The notes: generated by a model from the letters alone, not told the origin. A DNA stretch of 64,000 bases from Deltaproteobacteria bacterium (GCA_020846435.1 JADLDY010000035.1:6077-70076), one strand, 5' to 3'; shown: positions 46,598 through 55,490, counted from the stretch's first letter. Numbers and translations: made by a program.

Positions 46598-47131
46598 CTA
46601 TTCCTTCGCCACGGCCCTTATCCTGGCCGCGACTTCCAGCGCGTCCGGGTCTTCAAAAGAGGACTTCATCTGGAACTCGTCGACAACGACCGCGCCAGGC
46701 GAGTTCTCGAGCCTGTACAGGAAGTAGACCGCCTGCCCTATGTCAACGCCCTCGAGAGAGAGCTCTACCCCGCTCTGCCTCCACCCCTTTATGGCAACGG
46801 GCTCGAAAGGCTTCAACTGACCTATCTTCTTGCTTATGCCCGCCGCAGCGGCCGCCGCCTGGACAGAGTCCATTGCCGAGGCAGGGCCTCCCTTTGCTTC
46901 GAGCTTTTCCCTCAGCGGGCCTGCCACGGCGAGAGCGCCAGCGTACTCGGCCCTCATCGCCTCGAATGAGGCGAGGGCCGCCTTCTTCTTCGCGAGAGAG
47001 GCTTCTCCATTGACGAGAAAAAGAGCGCTCGCGATAAAGAACAACGCGCAGGCCCCGAAAAAGACGGACAAGACCCTGTTGGCTGAAATGAGGGCAAGAG
47101 CTCCGTTCAATATCTCCCTTACCCTGTTCAC
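46598..47131 (-). CDS. gspM: GspM-like bitopic inner-membrane protein
   Basis: 177 aa, a single N-terminal TM and a periplasmic domain. Position after the gspL-like gene (4-nt overlap). Confidence 0.45.
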   Translation of the reverse strand: MNRVREILNGALALISANRVLSVFFGACALFFIASALFLVNGEASLAKKKAALASFEAMRAEYAGALAVAGPLREKLEAKGGPASAMDSVQAAAAAAGISKKIGQLKPFEPVAIKGWRQSGVELSLEGVDIGQAVYFLYRLENSPGAVVVDEFQMKSSFEDPDALEVAARIRAVAKE

Positions 47132-48408
47132 TTCGCCTCCAGAGAGGCTGAGACGCCGAACCTCACGCGGCCGCTCTGACCTGGCTTGGTATCGGTAATC
47201 GTGACGTTTTTGACGAGAGCTGAGCGGCTGAGCGCTTCCCTGAAAGCCGCGGCCTCATCGAATGAGCCTGCCTCGCTCCTGAGGTTTATCCTGGAGCCGG
47301 CAATGGCCGTCTCAAGGACGCGAAGACCGGCCCTGCCTGAGGCGGCTTTTGTAAGCTCCATCATGACATCGAGCGGACGCGACAGGCCTGAGAGGACCTC
47401 TTTTTCCCTGGCGAGCTCTGAGGCCTTGACCTCGAGGGCGTACTCAGGGTTCTTCGGCGCCTCTCCCGGGAAGAGCTCTTTAAAGCCCGCTTCCATCGCG
47501 GCGGAGGCTGACTTCATCTCGCCTGTAATGTTCTGGAATCTCAAATACACGTAAACGCCCCATGAGAGGACGAGGCCGCAAAAGAGCGCGACAGCGACCT
47601 TTTTCCTGAAGTTCAATGCGCTCTCGGCCTTCGGGTCCGCGTGGCGCTCGAGGAAGTTTACGCCGCCCTTGAGCCCATCCCTGTAATGGAGCGCGACGGC
47701 GAGAAGGGACGTATGCTCAAAGCCGGAAGGGGCCTTTTCCGCCTCTATCCCCGCTTTTTCCGCAAACCCGTTGGAGCCCGCCGAATAAAATTTCTCCACG
47801 TTTATGCCGTCAGCCTCAAGAGCGCAGACCGAGAGCTGCAGATCCTCTACCGAGTCGAGGTGCTTGAAAAAACAGGGCTGGCCGTCCCTGACGACAGTTA
47901 TGGAATCGCCGTCTATCAATGCGCAAACTGATTCGTTCTGCTTGAGGCGCCTCAAGAGCCTGTCCTTGGAGAGCATGGCAGGGGCGGCCCACGACGCGCC
48001 GATGCCGTTGTCGTTCAAGGCCTTGAGCTGGGCGTCAAGCTCATCCCTGTCAACGCCGACAACAACGGCCTTGCCTCCGGAGAGCGGGACGCCGTCGAGC
48101 ACCATGTTGCCCGCTCCGCTGACAAAGAGGTCTTGAGCCTGCAGCGATATTATCTCCTGGAGCTTTCTCCTGTCCTGTATGGGTATCTCAAGGAGCCTCA
48201 TGAAGAGAAAAGACGAGTGTATCGAAAGAAGCGTCCTCACAGGCTTGAGCCCTTTTTTAGCGAGCTCGGCGACAAGGGTCGCCATGGCGTGGGCAAAGCC
48301 GCCCGGCGCGTAGCTGAAATATTCGATCGGCTCGAGGGTGGACGCGCTGAACGCGGCGCACTCAGTCGAGCGCGGCCCGGCCTCTATGACAAGGACGCAC
48401 CTTTGCAT
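47128..48408 (-). CDS. gspL: GspL-like protein (cytoplasmic actin-like domain + TM + periplasmic domain)
   Basis: 426 aa with one central TM (VAVALFCGLVLSWGVYVYL). Operon position between gspK and gspM. Confidence 0.55.
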   Translation of the reverse strand: MQRCVLVIEAGPRSTECAAFSASTLEPIEYFSYAPGGFAHAMATLVAELAKKGLKPVRTLLSIHSSFLFMRLLEIPIQDRRKLQEIISLQAQDLFVSGAGNMVLDGVPLSGGKAVVVGVDRDELDAQLKALNDNGIGASWAAPAMLSKDRLLRRLKQNESVCALIDGDSITVVRDGQPCFFKHLDSVEDLQLSVCALEADGINVEKFYSAGSNGFAEKAGIEAEKAPSGFEHTSLLAVALHYRDGLKGGVNFLERHADPKAESALNFRKKVAVALFCGLVLSWGVYVYLRFQNITGEMKSASAAMEAGFKELFPGEAPKNPEYALEVKASELAREKEVLSGLSRPLDVMMELTKAASGRAGLRVLETAIAGSRINLRSEAGSFDEAAAFREALSRSALVKNVTITDTKPGQSGRVRFGVSASLEAK

Positions 48409-49307
48409 CAGCGCGCCCTCCAGTAGAGGACTTTCCCGGGTTTTCCAATGCGCACCACAGCTTCCACTTCCCTTGCTACCCCCCCTGACATGGCCCTTGT
48501 CCGCACCCTGAATATATCGCTTTTCACCTTTATCCGCCCCTGGAGGCTGAATACGAGCGTCTCAAAGCCTTTGACTTCGCGTATGTCAGAGGCGTTGGCA
48601 AAAGGCTTTGCGTTTCTGCGCTCTATAAGTTTTTCCGCCATCTCCGGCGTTATCTCCCCTGAGAGAGCCATGAGCACCTCTTTTGGAGCGGTGTTTATGT
48701 TCACGAGCCCGTCTGAATATACCGTGAAGTAACGGGTCAGCCTTGAAGCCGCCTGAGCGTCAAAGCCCTTCACAAGGGCTATCTCGCCGAGTGTATCGAG
48801 CTTGCCGTTCTTCGCGGCGTAAGGGACGGGGAGCGAGGAATAAAATCTGCCCTCAGCTCCATTGGACCTCGCCATGTCGTCGGCGTCGAGCCAGTCAGCA
48901 AGCGGCTCGCAGAGCGCCGGCTGAAGCGAAGCCGCGGGCATGAGCGCCTCGCAGGACGAATAAACAGCCTCGTTCGCCTCTCCGTTCGCGAAGACGACCG
49001 AGTTCGCCTGTACCTTGCCTGACTCGTCCTCTACCGAGACTTCAAGCGTAATGCCATCGACAGGGGCCGCGAAAAAACCCTTGTCGAGATAAGTGTACCC
49101 GCCGGGAAGCGTACCCAGATACCTTTTCGCCAGCTCTACCCCGTCTTCGGCTACGACCGCGGCCTTCTTTCCTTCGATGAAAGCGGTTGTCCTGTCGGCC
49201 TGCCCGTTCACCACGCTTATTATCTCGACTATTATCGCGGTCATGGCGGCGGTGACCAGAAGCGCGATTATGAGAGTCGCCCCCCTCTGTCCGGAAGGCT
49301 CTCTCAT
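48408..49307 (-). CDS. gspK: minor pseudopilin GspK
   Basis: N-terminal GATLIIALLVTAAMTAI without the Glu+5. C-terminal VNINTAPKEVLMAL...AEKLIERRNAKPF helix-hairpin-helix-like signature of GspK. Confidence 0.75.
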   Translation of the reverse strand: MREPSGQRGATLIIALLVTAAMTAIIVEIISVVNGQADRTTAFIEGKKAAVVAEDGVELAKRYLGTLPGGYTYLDKGFFAAPVDGITLEVSVEDESGKVQANSVVFANGEANEAVYSSCEALMPAASLQPALCEPLADWLDADDMARSNGAEGRFYSSLPVPYAAKNGKLDTLGEIALVKGFDAQAASRLTRYFTVYSDGLVNINTAPKEVLMALSGEITPEMAEKLIERRNAKPFANASDIREVKGFETLVFSLQGRIKVKSDIFRVRTRAMSGGVAREVEAVVRIGKPGKVLYWRAR

Positions 49308-49933
49308 CTGACCATTGTCCTGGCCAGGGTTCTCACTTCCTTTTCGGCACCCTTGTCCATAATCTTGACTGCCGCGCTTACAGCGATTGGCAGGCCCTTT
49401 TCAAGTTCAGCGTCCCAGGCGCCGGACCATGACTTCCCGTTGTAGAACAGGAGATCAAAACCCTTGATATCCTCCATGACCTCGACCCTGACAGGCTCTT
49501 TTGCGCTCCCAAAAGGGTTCCAGAGCTCCTTGACAAGGGAGGTCTTGCCGTTTTCAGTGACTGTTGAATACCTTATGGCCGCAAGGTCGCCGGATGAGCC
49601 GACCAGAGCCGGATGACCTATCGAGGTAAACTCGATCGTTGCCGTGGGCAGGCCGCCCTGCTTGAGAGCGCCCCTGAAGAAGGCCGCCTTGCCGCTCCCC
49701 TGAAAGTACGCCGACTGTATCTCCCTTGAAAAGGCGTCTGTGAAGCGGGAAGCCTCCCTCGAGCGCTCCGAGCCCTCATCTATTGCAACGCGCCCCAGAA
49801 GGAGCGACGAGAAGCTCAGGTACATGGCGAATATGACGACCGAGCCTATGGCTGTCGCCACAAGCAGCTCGAGGAGCGTAAAGCCCGCCTCAGCCCTTTT
49901 GCGGCACATAGGCGCAAAGGCCCACTTGTTCAT
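49304..49933 (-). CDS. gspJ: minor pseudopilin GspJ
   Basis: Prepilin-type N-terminus G|FTLLELLVATAIGSVV. Size and operon position fit. The start could instead be the internal M at 49909. Confidence 0.65.
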   Translation of the reverse strand: MNKWAFAPMCRKRAEAGFTLLELLVATAIGSVVIFAMYLSFSSLLLGRVAIDEGSERSREASRFTDAFSREIQSAYFQGSGKAAFFRGALKQGGLPTATIEFTSIGHPALVGSSGDLAAIRYSTVTENGKTSLVKELWNPFGSAKEPVRVEVMEDIKGFDLLFYNGKSWSGAWDAELEKGLPIAVSAAVKIMDKGAEKEVRTLARTMVR

Positions 49934-50252
49934 TGATATCCCAGCCGACCTCGACGCAGACCTTTTTCAGGTCTGCCTCAGCCTTTTCCTCGGTGTATTT
50001 TACGCGGTAGCCGGAAGCCCCGTCATCTGCCGGGGGCACGGCGCCGTAAAGCCTTACTTCCTCTATCTTCGCGGCCGCGACATTCATGGCGGCCGCTCTC
50101 TGAGAGAGCCTGCTGGATGCCGCAAGATGAGTGTTCATGACCGTCAGCGCCGTCACTATCACGCCTGAGAGGATGGCGAGCGCTATGAGCGCCTCAAGGA
50201 GCGTGAACCCCTCGTCCCCGTCAAAGGGCCGTATCAGTCTCATCCGGGCCAT
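49890..50252 (-). CDS. gspI: minor pseudopilin GspI
   Basis: Start at MARMRL (50252), directly after the gspH stop. Prepilin N-terminus G|FTLLEALIALAILSGV. About 120 aa. Confidence 0.65.
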   Translation of the reverse strand: MARMRLIRPFDGDEGFTLLEALIALAILSGVIVTALTVMNTHLAASSRLSQRAAAMNVAAAKIEEVRLYGAVPPADDGASGYRVKYTEEKAEADLKKVCVEVGWDINEQVGLCAYVPQKG

Positions 50253-50254
50253 TG

Positions 50255-50749
50255 CTATGTTATCCTGATCTTGCCGGAATACGGGTTGTAGCTCACAGTG
50301 CACGAGAAGCCGGAGGCCTCGAGCTCTATCGAGAACGGCTCCGCGCCAGAGGGCCCGAAAAGGATCGATGCCGTGCCCCCGGCTTTATTGCCGCCGGAGA
50401 GCGCGAGCCCTTTTATGCCGGTCGCCCTGCTGAGGACGACCCTCGGAGGCATGCCTTCAGGGCTTTCAAAGACCATGCCGTCAGAGCTCTTTTGCGCTTC
50501 AAGACTCCTGCCGCCAATGGAAAAGGTCATCCTGTAATACGACTTGCCTGACGCCGCCGAGTCGTCGAGACGCCTTATGAGAGAAGCCACCTTTCTCGCG
50601 TCAGAGCGCAGGACCGCCTCTTCGAAGATTGAAAGCCTCGGGATTGCTACCAGGAGAACCGCTCCAAGGAGGGCGAGGACGACAGCGAGCTCAATGAGGG
50701 TGAAACCGCATGTCCGCCCTGACATACCTTGAAGCCGCAAACTTCGCAT
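50255..50749 (-). CDS. gspH: minor pseudopilin GspH
   Basis: G|FTLIELAVVLALLGAVLL, then ...LRSDARKVASLIR (GspH/FimT-like). It lacks the conserved GspG C-terminal region. Confidence 0.65.
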   Translation of the reverse strand: MRSLRLQGMSGRTCGFTLIELAVVLALLGAVLLVAIPRLSIFEEAVLRSDARKVASLIRRLDDSAASGKSYYRMTFSIGGRSLEAQKSSDGMVFESPEGMPPRVVLSRATGIKGLALSGGNKAGGTASILFGPSGAEPFSIELEASGFSCTVSYNPYSGKIRIT

Positions 50750-50796
50750 CAGGAATCTCCGGAAAAAGGAACGGGGAACGGAAAAAGTCTTTGTAG

Positions 50797-50825
50797 ATTA
50801 TATACATAACCCGGACATGCCACAA
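50797..50825 (-). promoter_or_regulatory. candidate sigma-70 promoter of the gsp operon (TTGTGG-N17-TATAAT)
   Basis: On the minus strand, TTGTGG is at 50825-50820 and TATAAT at 50802-50797, about 45 nt upstream of the gspH start. Confidence 0.3.
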
Positions 50826-50835
50826 GTGATATTTA

Positions 50836-51543
50836 TCACGGCTGACTTGGGTTTGCGACCGGCCCGAGGCTCTCCTCAAGACCCCTGGCAAGCACCCTGT
50901 AACCCTCGACCGTCAGATGAACGCCGTCATAGAAGAGGTCTGCCTTCATCTTTCCGCCATCGTCGAGAAAGTCGCTGTACAGGTCGATGTATCTGAAGCC
51001 TTTCTCTTTTGACGCGGCCAGGAGAATCCCGTTGAGTTCCCTTATGAGCCTATCGTGCGCCGGGTCTGCCGTCGGAGGGACGCTTATGAAGTACTTCTCG
51101 CGCGCCTTGACCTTCGAGAAAATGAGCATGATGTTACGAGCCGCCTCTGGCGCGCTCCTGTACTTGATGTCGTTGTGGCCTATGAGGAGGAAGAACTTTG
51201 ATATCGCGAGGTTGTTGATATTGCCGTCGAGCCTTAGAAGTACGCCCCTCGAGGTATCAAAGCCTATGCCCCTGTTGATGGCTTTGGAGCCAGGAAGAAG
51301 CTCGCCGACCGGGAACTGCTCCACGAGGCTGTCCCCGGCGAAGACAGGAACCGCGTCTTTTACGAGCGGGTTCAGCGCGGCATAGGAAGCGACGCTCGCC
51401 CTGTAATAGGTATCCTGCAGAAACTCTTCCTGCGGATTGAAGCGACGCTCGCAATAGGCCCGCATATCCTTGTGTATGAGGAAATACCAGGCGAGAAAGC
51501 CCACCAGCACAATGTTGACAGCTATTGAAAGGCGTCTTGTCAT
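50836..51543 (-). CDS. membrane-anchored SGNH/GDSL hydrolase-type esterase
   Basis: N-terminal TM. Block I FAGDSLVE, block III IGHNDI and block V DGVHLT. Confidence 0.8.
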   Translation of the reverse strand: MTRRLSIAVNIVLVGFLAWYFLIHKDMRAYCERRFNPQEEFLQDTYYRASVASYAALNPLVKDAVPVFAGDSLVEQFPVGELLPGSKAINRGIGFDTSRGVLLRLDGNINNLAISKFFLLIGHNDIKYRSAPEAARNIMLIFSKVKAREKYFISVPPTADPAHDRLIRELNGILLAASKEKGFRYIDLYSDFLDDGGKMKADLFYDGVHLTVEGYRVLARGLEESLGPVANPSQP

Positions 51544-52631
51544 TTTTTATAAGGCCTCTCGAACTTCCCTATCCTTGCCATGATCATCCTGGCTATCGGC
51601 TTGTCCAGCCTCTCGACGAATGTGAAGCCGATGTAGGCCGCGATAAAGCAGGCCGCGACCGCGGCGGCAAGAGCCGCGTTGTAACCGAAGGCCGCCGCAG
51701 CCAGCGCCCCGAGGACTATGTAGCCTATTGGCTGGTGCAGCAGATAGCACGAGTAGGATATCCTGCCGAGGTAGGCGAAAGGGCCAAATAACCTTGCCGC
51801 GGCCGGAAAACTCCTCTCAGCCCTTTCAGCGACGAGAAAGAGGATCGAGAAGACCGGGATGCCGATAATGAGCGCGTTGCCATCCTTGTATACCCCGATG
51901 GTCCCGGCCGTCGTCATGATGATTATGACAAGGAACTCCCAGATGCTCAAGTCCTCCCGCATGACCTTGTACGCGCCTATGCCGGCCCAGAATATGAGGA
52001 AGTAATAGAAGTTGTCGCCCAGGGGGAACTTCAAGACGAAAAAATGGACGGCCGCGGCCGCGAATACCGCGGCGTATGAAAGATAGAAGAAGAGCCTCTT
52101 CCTCATGTCGAAGAGGCCCCAGAGCAGGGCGAAGAAGACGTAGAACTTGATCTCGACGTACAGGCTCCAGAAGGCTCCGTCAAGGAAACGCTTATCGAAT
52201 ATGTCAGGGACCATCGCGAAGTTGAAGAGCGTATCGGCCAGGGCGTTCCGGTTGGGCTCATTGAAGACCTGCGAGTGGATGATCTCAAGCAGGAGGATCG
52301 CCACGATTGCGGCCCAATAAGGGGGGACCAGCCTCGAAAGCCTGGCTGAAAGAAAATCGAGCGGCCCTTTTTTGTTCTGTATCGTGTGGTAGATTATGAA
52401 GCCGCTTATCATGAAGAACAGATGCACGCCTATCCAGCCGAAGCCGAGACTGAAAAAAGCCGCGCCTTCCGGAACAAAACCTGCGTACTTCTGAGGGTAC
52501 CTTACGGTGAAATGAAAAAGGAGCACCATCACTATGGCGGCGCCCCTGAGAAGGTCGAGCCAGATTATACGATTGGCGGGGCGCTCTGTCATCTGATGGG
52601 CAAATCCTTTTGCGAGGCGCTTATGTCTCAC
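51540..52631 (-). CDS. acyltransferase family 3 (AT3) integral membrane O-acyltransferase
   Basis: About 10 TMs. N-terminal RIIWLDLLRGAAIVMVLLFH signature. 4-nt overlap with the downstream SGNH gene. Confidence 0.85.
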   Translation of the reverse strand: MRHKRLAKGFAHQMTERPANRIIWLDLLRGAAIVMVLLFHFTVRYPQKYAGFVPEGAAFFSLGFGWIGVHLFFMISGFIIYHTIQNKKGPLDFLSARLSRLVPPYWAAIVAILLLEIIHSQVFNEPNRNALADTLFNFAMVPDIFDKRFLDGAFWSLYVEIKFYVFFALLWGLFDMRKRLFFYLSYAAVFAAAAVHFFVLKFPLGDNFYYFLIFWAGIGAYKVMREDLSIWEFLVIIIMTTAGTIGVYKDGNALIIGIPVFSILFLVAERAERSFPAAARLFGPFAYLGRISYSCYLLHQPIGYIVLGALAAAAFGYNAALAAAVAACFIAAYIGFTFVERLDKPIARMIMARIGKFERPYKK

Positions 52632-52833
52632 GCCGTTGAGTTTGTCGACGGGGCCTGACCGGCCGGAAATTTTTCCAATTATACCATACCATTACGGCAT
52701 TTCCGGTAAAAGTCTTTAAGAAAAAAGGGGGGACAAAAGAGCGCTGGAAGCCTGAAAGTTCCGGACCCAGAGTTGCTGAAAAAGTCGTTTTGTGATTAGA
52801 TAATCAGGTTAAGCGACCATCATAAAGGTCTTG

Positions 52834-54204
52834 ATGAAGAAAATCCTTATAGTAGACGATGAGGATTGCATCAGGCTTGTTCTCTCCGAGTTTCTCAAAA
52901 ACAGAGGCTTTACCGCTTGCGAGGCGAAAGACGGCTTCGAGGCCATTGCTTTGTTCTCAAGCGAGCGGCCTGACGCCGTGCTCCTTGACCTCTCGATGCC
53001 GGGCATGGACGGCATGGAAGTCCTCTCAAGGCTTACAGGGCAGGACCCTTCCATTCCGGTCATCATCCTCACGGCCAACGGCGCCATAAGCTCCGCCGTG
53101 CAGGCGGTCAAGCTCGGCGCGTTCGACTTCATCTCAAAACCCCCTGACTTCGAAGAGATAACCATGCGGCTCAGCCGGGCAATTGAAAAGGCCCAGCTCA
53201 AAAAGAGCCTCGCGCGCCTTTCAAACTCTCTTGAAGCCTCCTTCGCGAGATACCTCGGCAAGAGCCCCGCGATAAAGAGCGTCATCAGCCAGGTTTACAA
53301 GGTCGCTCCCTCCCCGTTTTCAATCATCATACAGGGCGAGACAGGCACCGGCAAATCCACTCTGGCAGAGTTCATCCACAACCTGAGCAGCCGGGCGAAC
53401 AAACCGTTCGTAAGGGTCGACATCGGCGTCATACCCGAGACCATCATTGAAAGCGAGCTCTTCGGCCACTCAAAGGGCGCTTTCACAGGCGCGGACAGGG
53501 CGAAAAAAGGCTACTTCGAGACAGCCGAGGGCGGCACCGTCTTCATAGACGAGCTCGAGAACACCTCTGCCCAAGTCCAGTCAAAGCTCCTGAGCGCGGT
53601 CGAGCAGAAAAGCGTCTACCCCATCGGCACGGCGCGCGCAGTGCCTGTCGACTTCAGGCTAATCGCCGCGACCAACACCGACCTTACTGATCTGGTTCGC
53701 CTGAAAAAATTCAGGGAAGACCTCTTCTACAGGCTGAGCGAGTTCACCATACACCTGCCGCCGCTCAGGGAAAGAACAGAGGACATAAGCTTTCTCGCCC
53801 AGCGTTTCTGCGACGAGGCCTGCGCCGAGCTGAAAAAAAAGCCGCTCGAAATAAATGATGACGCGATGGAGCTTCTCATGCAACGCAAATGGCCGGGCAA
53901 TGTAAGAGAGCTCAAGAATGTCCTAAGAAGGGCCGTGCTCTTATCGAGCGGCGAAGCTCTCGGCAAAGACTGCCTGACGGAAGTCCTGGACTCTGCCTCT
54001 GACTCATCCGGCGCTTTCCATGGCGGGAGCGCCTCAGCAATCCTGCCTCTCAAGGAGGTCTCTTCAAGGGCATCTTCAATTGCCGAGGCAACTGCCATCA
54101 GACAGGCACTCACCCTCTCCGGCGGCAACAAATCAAAGGCCGCGTCCATTCTGCAGGTCGACTACAAGACCATGCTCACGAAGATAAGGCTCTACAACAT
54201 CTGA
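52834..54204 (+). CDS. sigma-54-dependent response regulator (NtrC family); no adjacent histidine kinase
   Basis: Receiver (ILIVDDE...DLSMPGMDG). AAA+ domain (GETGTGKS, ESELFGHSKGAFTGA). C-terminal Fis HTH (AASILQVDYKTMLTKI). Confidence 0.85.
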   Translation: MKKILIVDDEDCIRLVLSEFLKNRGFTACEAKDGFEAIALFSSERPDAVLLDLSMPGMDGMEVLSRLTGQDPSIPVIILTANGAISSAVQAVKLGAFDFISKPPDFEEITMRLSRAIEKAQLKKSLARLSNSLEASFARYLGKSPAIKSVISQVYKVAPSPFSIIIQGETGTGKSTLAEFIHNLSSRANKPFVRVDIGVIPETIIESELFGHSKGAFTGADRAKKGYFETAEGGTVFIDELENTSAQVQSKLLSAVEQKSVYPIGTARAVPVDFRLIAATNTDLTDLVRLKKFREDLFYRLSEFTIHLPPLRERTEDISFLAQRFCDEACAELKKKPLEINDDAMELLMQRKWPGNVRELKNVLRRAVLLSSGEALGKDCLTEVLDSASDSSGAFHGGSASAILPLKEVSSRASSIAEATAIRQALTLSGGNKSKAASILQVDYKTMLTKIRLYNI

Positions 54205-54226
54205 AGGGCCCCAAAGGAACTGACAG

Positions 54227-55159
54227 TCATGCCGCCTTTTTGTTCTGCGGCCAGACAGCCGAGGCAAGCATAGCAAAAGCCAATATTACTGCAATGACTA
54301 CCAGCGCCACAACCGATGGCAGCTTGTAGAACTCGGAGACCAGCATCTTGACGCCGACGAAGGCAAGGATGGCGGCAAGTCCGTAATGGATATAGTGAAA
54401 CCGCTTTATCACCCCGGCAAGCGCGAAAAAAAGCGCCCTCAGCCCCATTATCGCGAACAGGTTTGAGCTGTAAACAATGAACGGGTCGGTTGTAATGGCG
54501 AGTATGGCTGGGATGGAGTCCACCGCGAAGATGATATCCGTTGTCTCGATCACGATGAGCACCAGCGCCAGGGGAGTCGCAAGTATCAAACCATTTCTTT
54601 TCACAAAAAAACGGCCGCCTTCGTAGTCGCTCGTGAGCGGAATGAATCGCTTAAGCACTTTGAGCAGAGGATTTTTTTCCGGGTGTATCTCCTTGTCCTT
54701 CTGGAGCGCCATCTTTATGCCTGTTATCACAAGGAAGGCCCCAAAGACATAGATTATCCAGTGGAACTCCCTCATGAGCGCCACGCCCGCGAAGATGAAG
54801 ACCGCCCTCATGACTATGGCCCCGAGCACGCCCCAGAAAAGTATCTTGTGCTGGTACTTGGCCGGGACGCTGAAGTACGCGAAGACCTGCAGGAAAACGA
54901 ATATATTGTCTATACTCAGGGATTTCTCAACGACATAGCCGGTGAAGAACTGCACCGCGACCTCCTGGCCCTGCCAGAAGTAAACCACTGCATTGAACGC
55001 GAGCGCGAGCGCCACCCAGACCCCGCTCCAGGCAAGAGCCTCCTTTACGCTCACCTCATGGCTTTTTCTGTTGAATATCCCAAGGTCAATGGCAAGCATC
55101 ACGACGATAAAAAGCGTAAAAAGAATCCATGGCATAAGCTGTGCTGTCATCGACGGCAA
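54227..55159 (-). CDS. TerC family integral membrane protein (Alx/MntP-context Mn-responsive transporter candidate)
   Basis: About 9 TMs. TerC signature EKSLSIDNIFVFL and a second DSIPAILAIT repeat. Preceded by a yybP-ykoY riboswitch. Confidence 0.85.
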   Translation of the reverse strand: MPSMTAQLMPWILFTLFIVVMLAIDLGIFNRKSHEVSVKEALAWSGVWVALALAFNAVVYFWQGQEVAVQFFTGYVVEKSLSIDNIFVFLQVFAYFSVPAKYQHKILFWGVLGAIVMRAVFIFAGVALMREFHWIIYVFGAFLVITGIKMALQKDKEIHPEKNPLLKVLKRFIPLTSDYEGGRFFVKRNGLILATPLALVLIVIETTDIIFAVDSIPAILAITTDPFIVYSSNLFAIMGLRALFFALAGVIKRFHYIHYGLAAILAFVGVKMLVSEFYKLPSVVALVVIAVILAFAMLASAVWPQNKKAA

Positions 55160-55185
55160 TCCTCCGGTCAGACTTTTTTAAAAAT

Positions 55186-55322
55186 AAAAAAGACCTTTAC
55201 CGCGGCGGAGATTTGCCGCGGTAAAGGTCTCGCTTGTTAATCCATGTGAATGGTTTAACCGATGGCGCCGGGCCTTCTGGCCGTATTGACGACATCCATC
55301 GACTAAGCTACTCCCCTTTATC
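55186..55322 (-). promoter_or_regulatory. yybP-ykoY (Mn2+) riboswitch with intrinsic-terminator expression platform
   Basis: The minus strand reads AUAAAGGGGAGUAGCUUAGUCGAUGGAUGUCGUCAAUACGGCCAGAAGGCCCGGCGCCAUCGGUUAAACC...UUAACAAGCGAGACCUUUAC. It carries the conserved AAAGGGGAGUAG, GUCGUCAAU and AGCGAGACCUUU blocks. The 3' P1 strand overlaps the terminator AGACCUUUACCGCGG...CCGCGGUAAAGGUCU + U6. Confidence 0.88.
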
Positions 55323-55329
55323 GCCCGAG

Positions 55330-55358
55330 ATAATATCAGAACCGCAAATTCGAGTCAA
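55330..55358 (-). promoter_or_regulatory. sigma-70 promoter of the riboswitch-TerC unit (TTGACT-N17-TATTAT)
   Basis: On the minus strand, TTGACT is at 55358-55353 and TATTAT at 55335-55330. The predicted TSS falls at the first riboswitch nucleotides. Confidence 0.55.
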
Positions 55359-55377
55359 TGTCAGACCTCTAAAACAA

Positions 55378-55407
55378 CCTTGCTATGGAATCAATTCCAT
55401 AGCAAGG
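55378..55407. promoter_or_regulatory. 30-bp perfect inverted repeat (14-bp arms, 2-bp spacer); candidate enhancer/UAS
   Basis: CCTTGCTATGGAAT-CA-ATTCCATAGCAAGG lies about 70 bp upstream of the sigma-54 promoter at 55475. A 2-nt loop makes an RNA hairpin role unlikely. Confidence 0.5.
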
Positions 55408-55474
55408 TAATCCGCTCCATACTTCCGGGAACTCTTCCAATTATTTTATCTCATTAAATCAAGCAGTTGCCTTC

Positions 55475-55490
55475 TGGCACGCCTCTTGCC
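55475..55490 (+). promoter_or_regulatory. sigma-54 (-24/-12) promoter
   Basis: TGGCAC-GCCTC-TTGCC with canonical spacing, about 45 nt upstream of the ATG at 55534 (AGGAGG RBS). Confidence 0.7.

Noticed and set aside
50806-50822. TGGCAT on the minus strand upstream of gspH as a possible sigma-54 promoter
   Set aside because: The -12 position reads GGTTA, with no TTGC/GC element at the correct spacing. A sigma-70-like TTGTGG-N17-TATAAT reading fits better.
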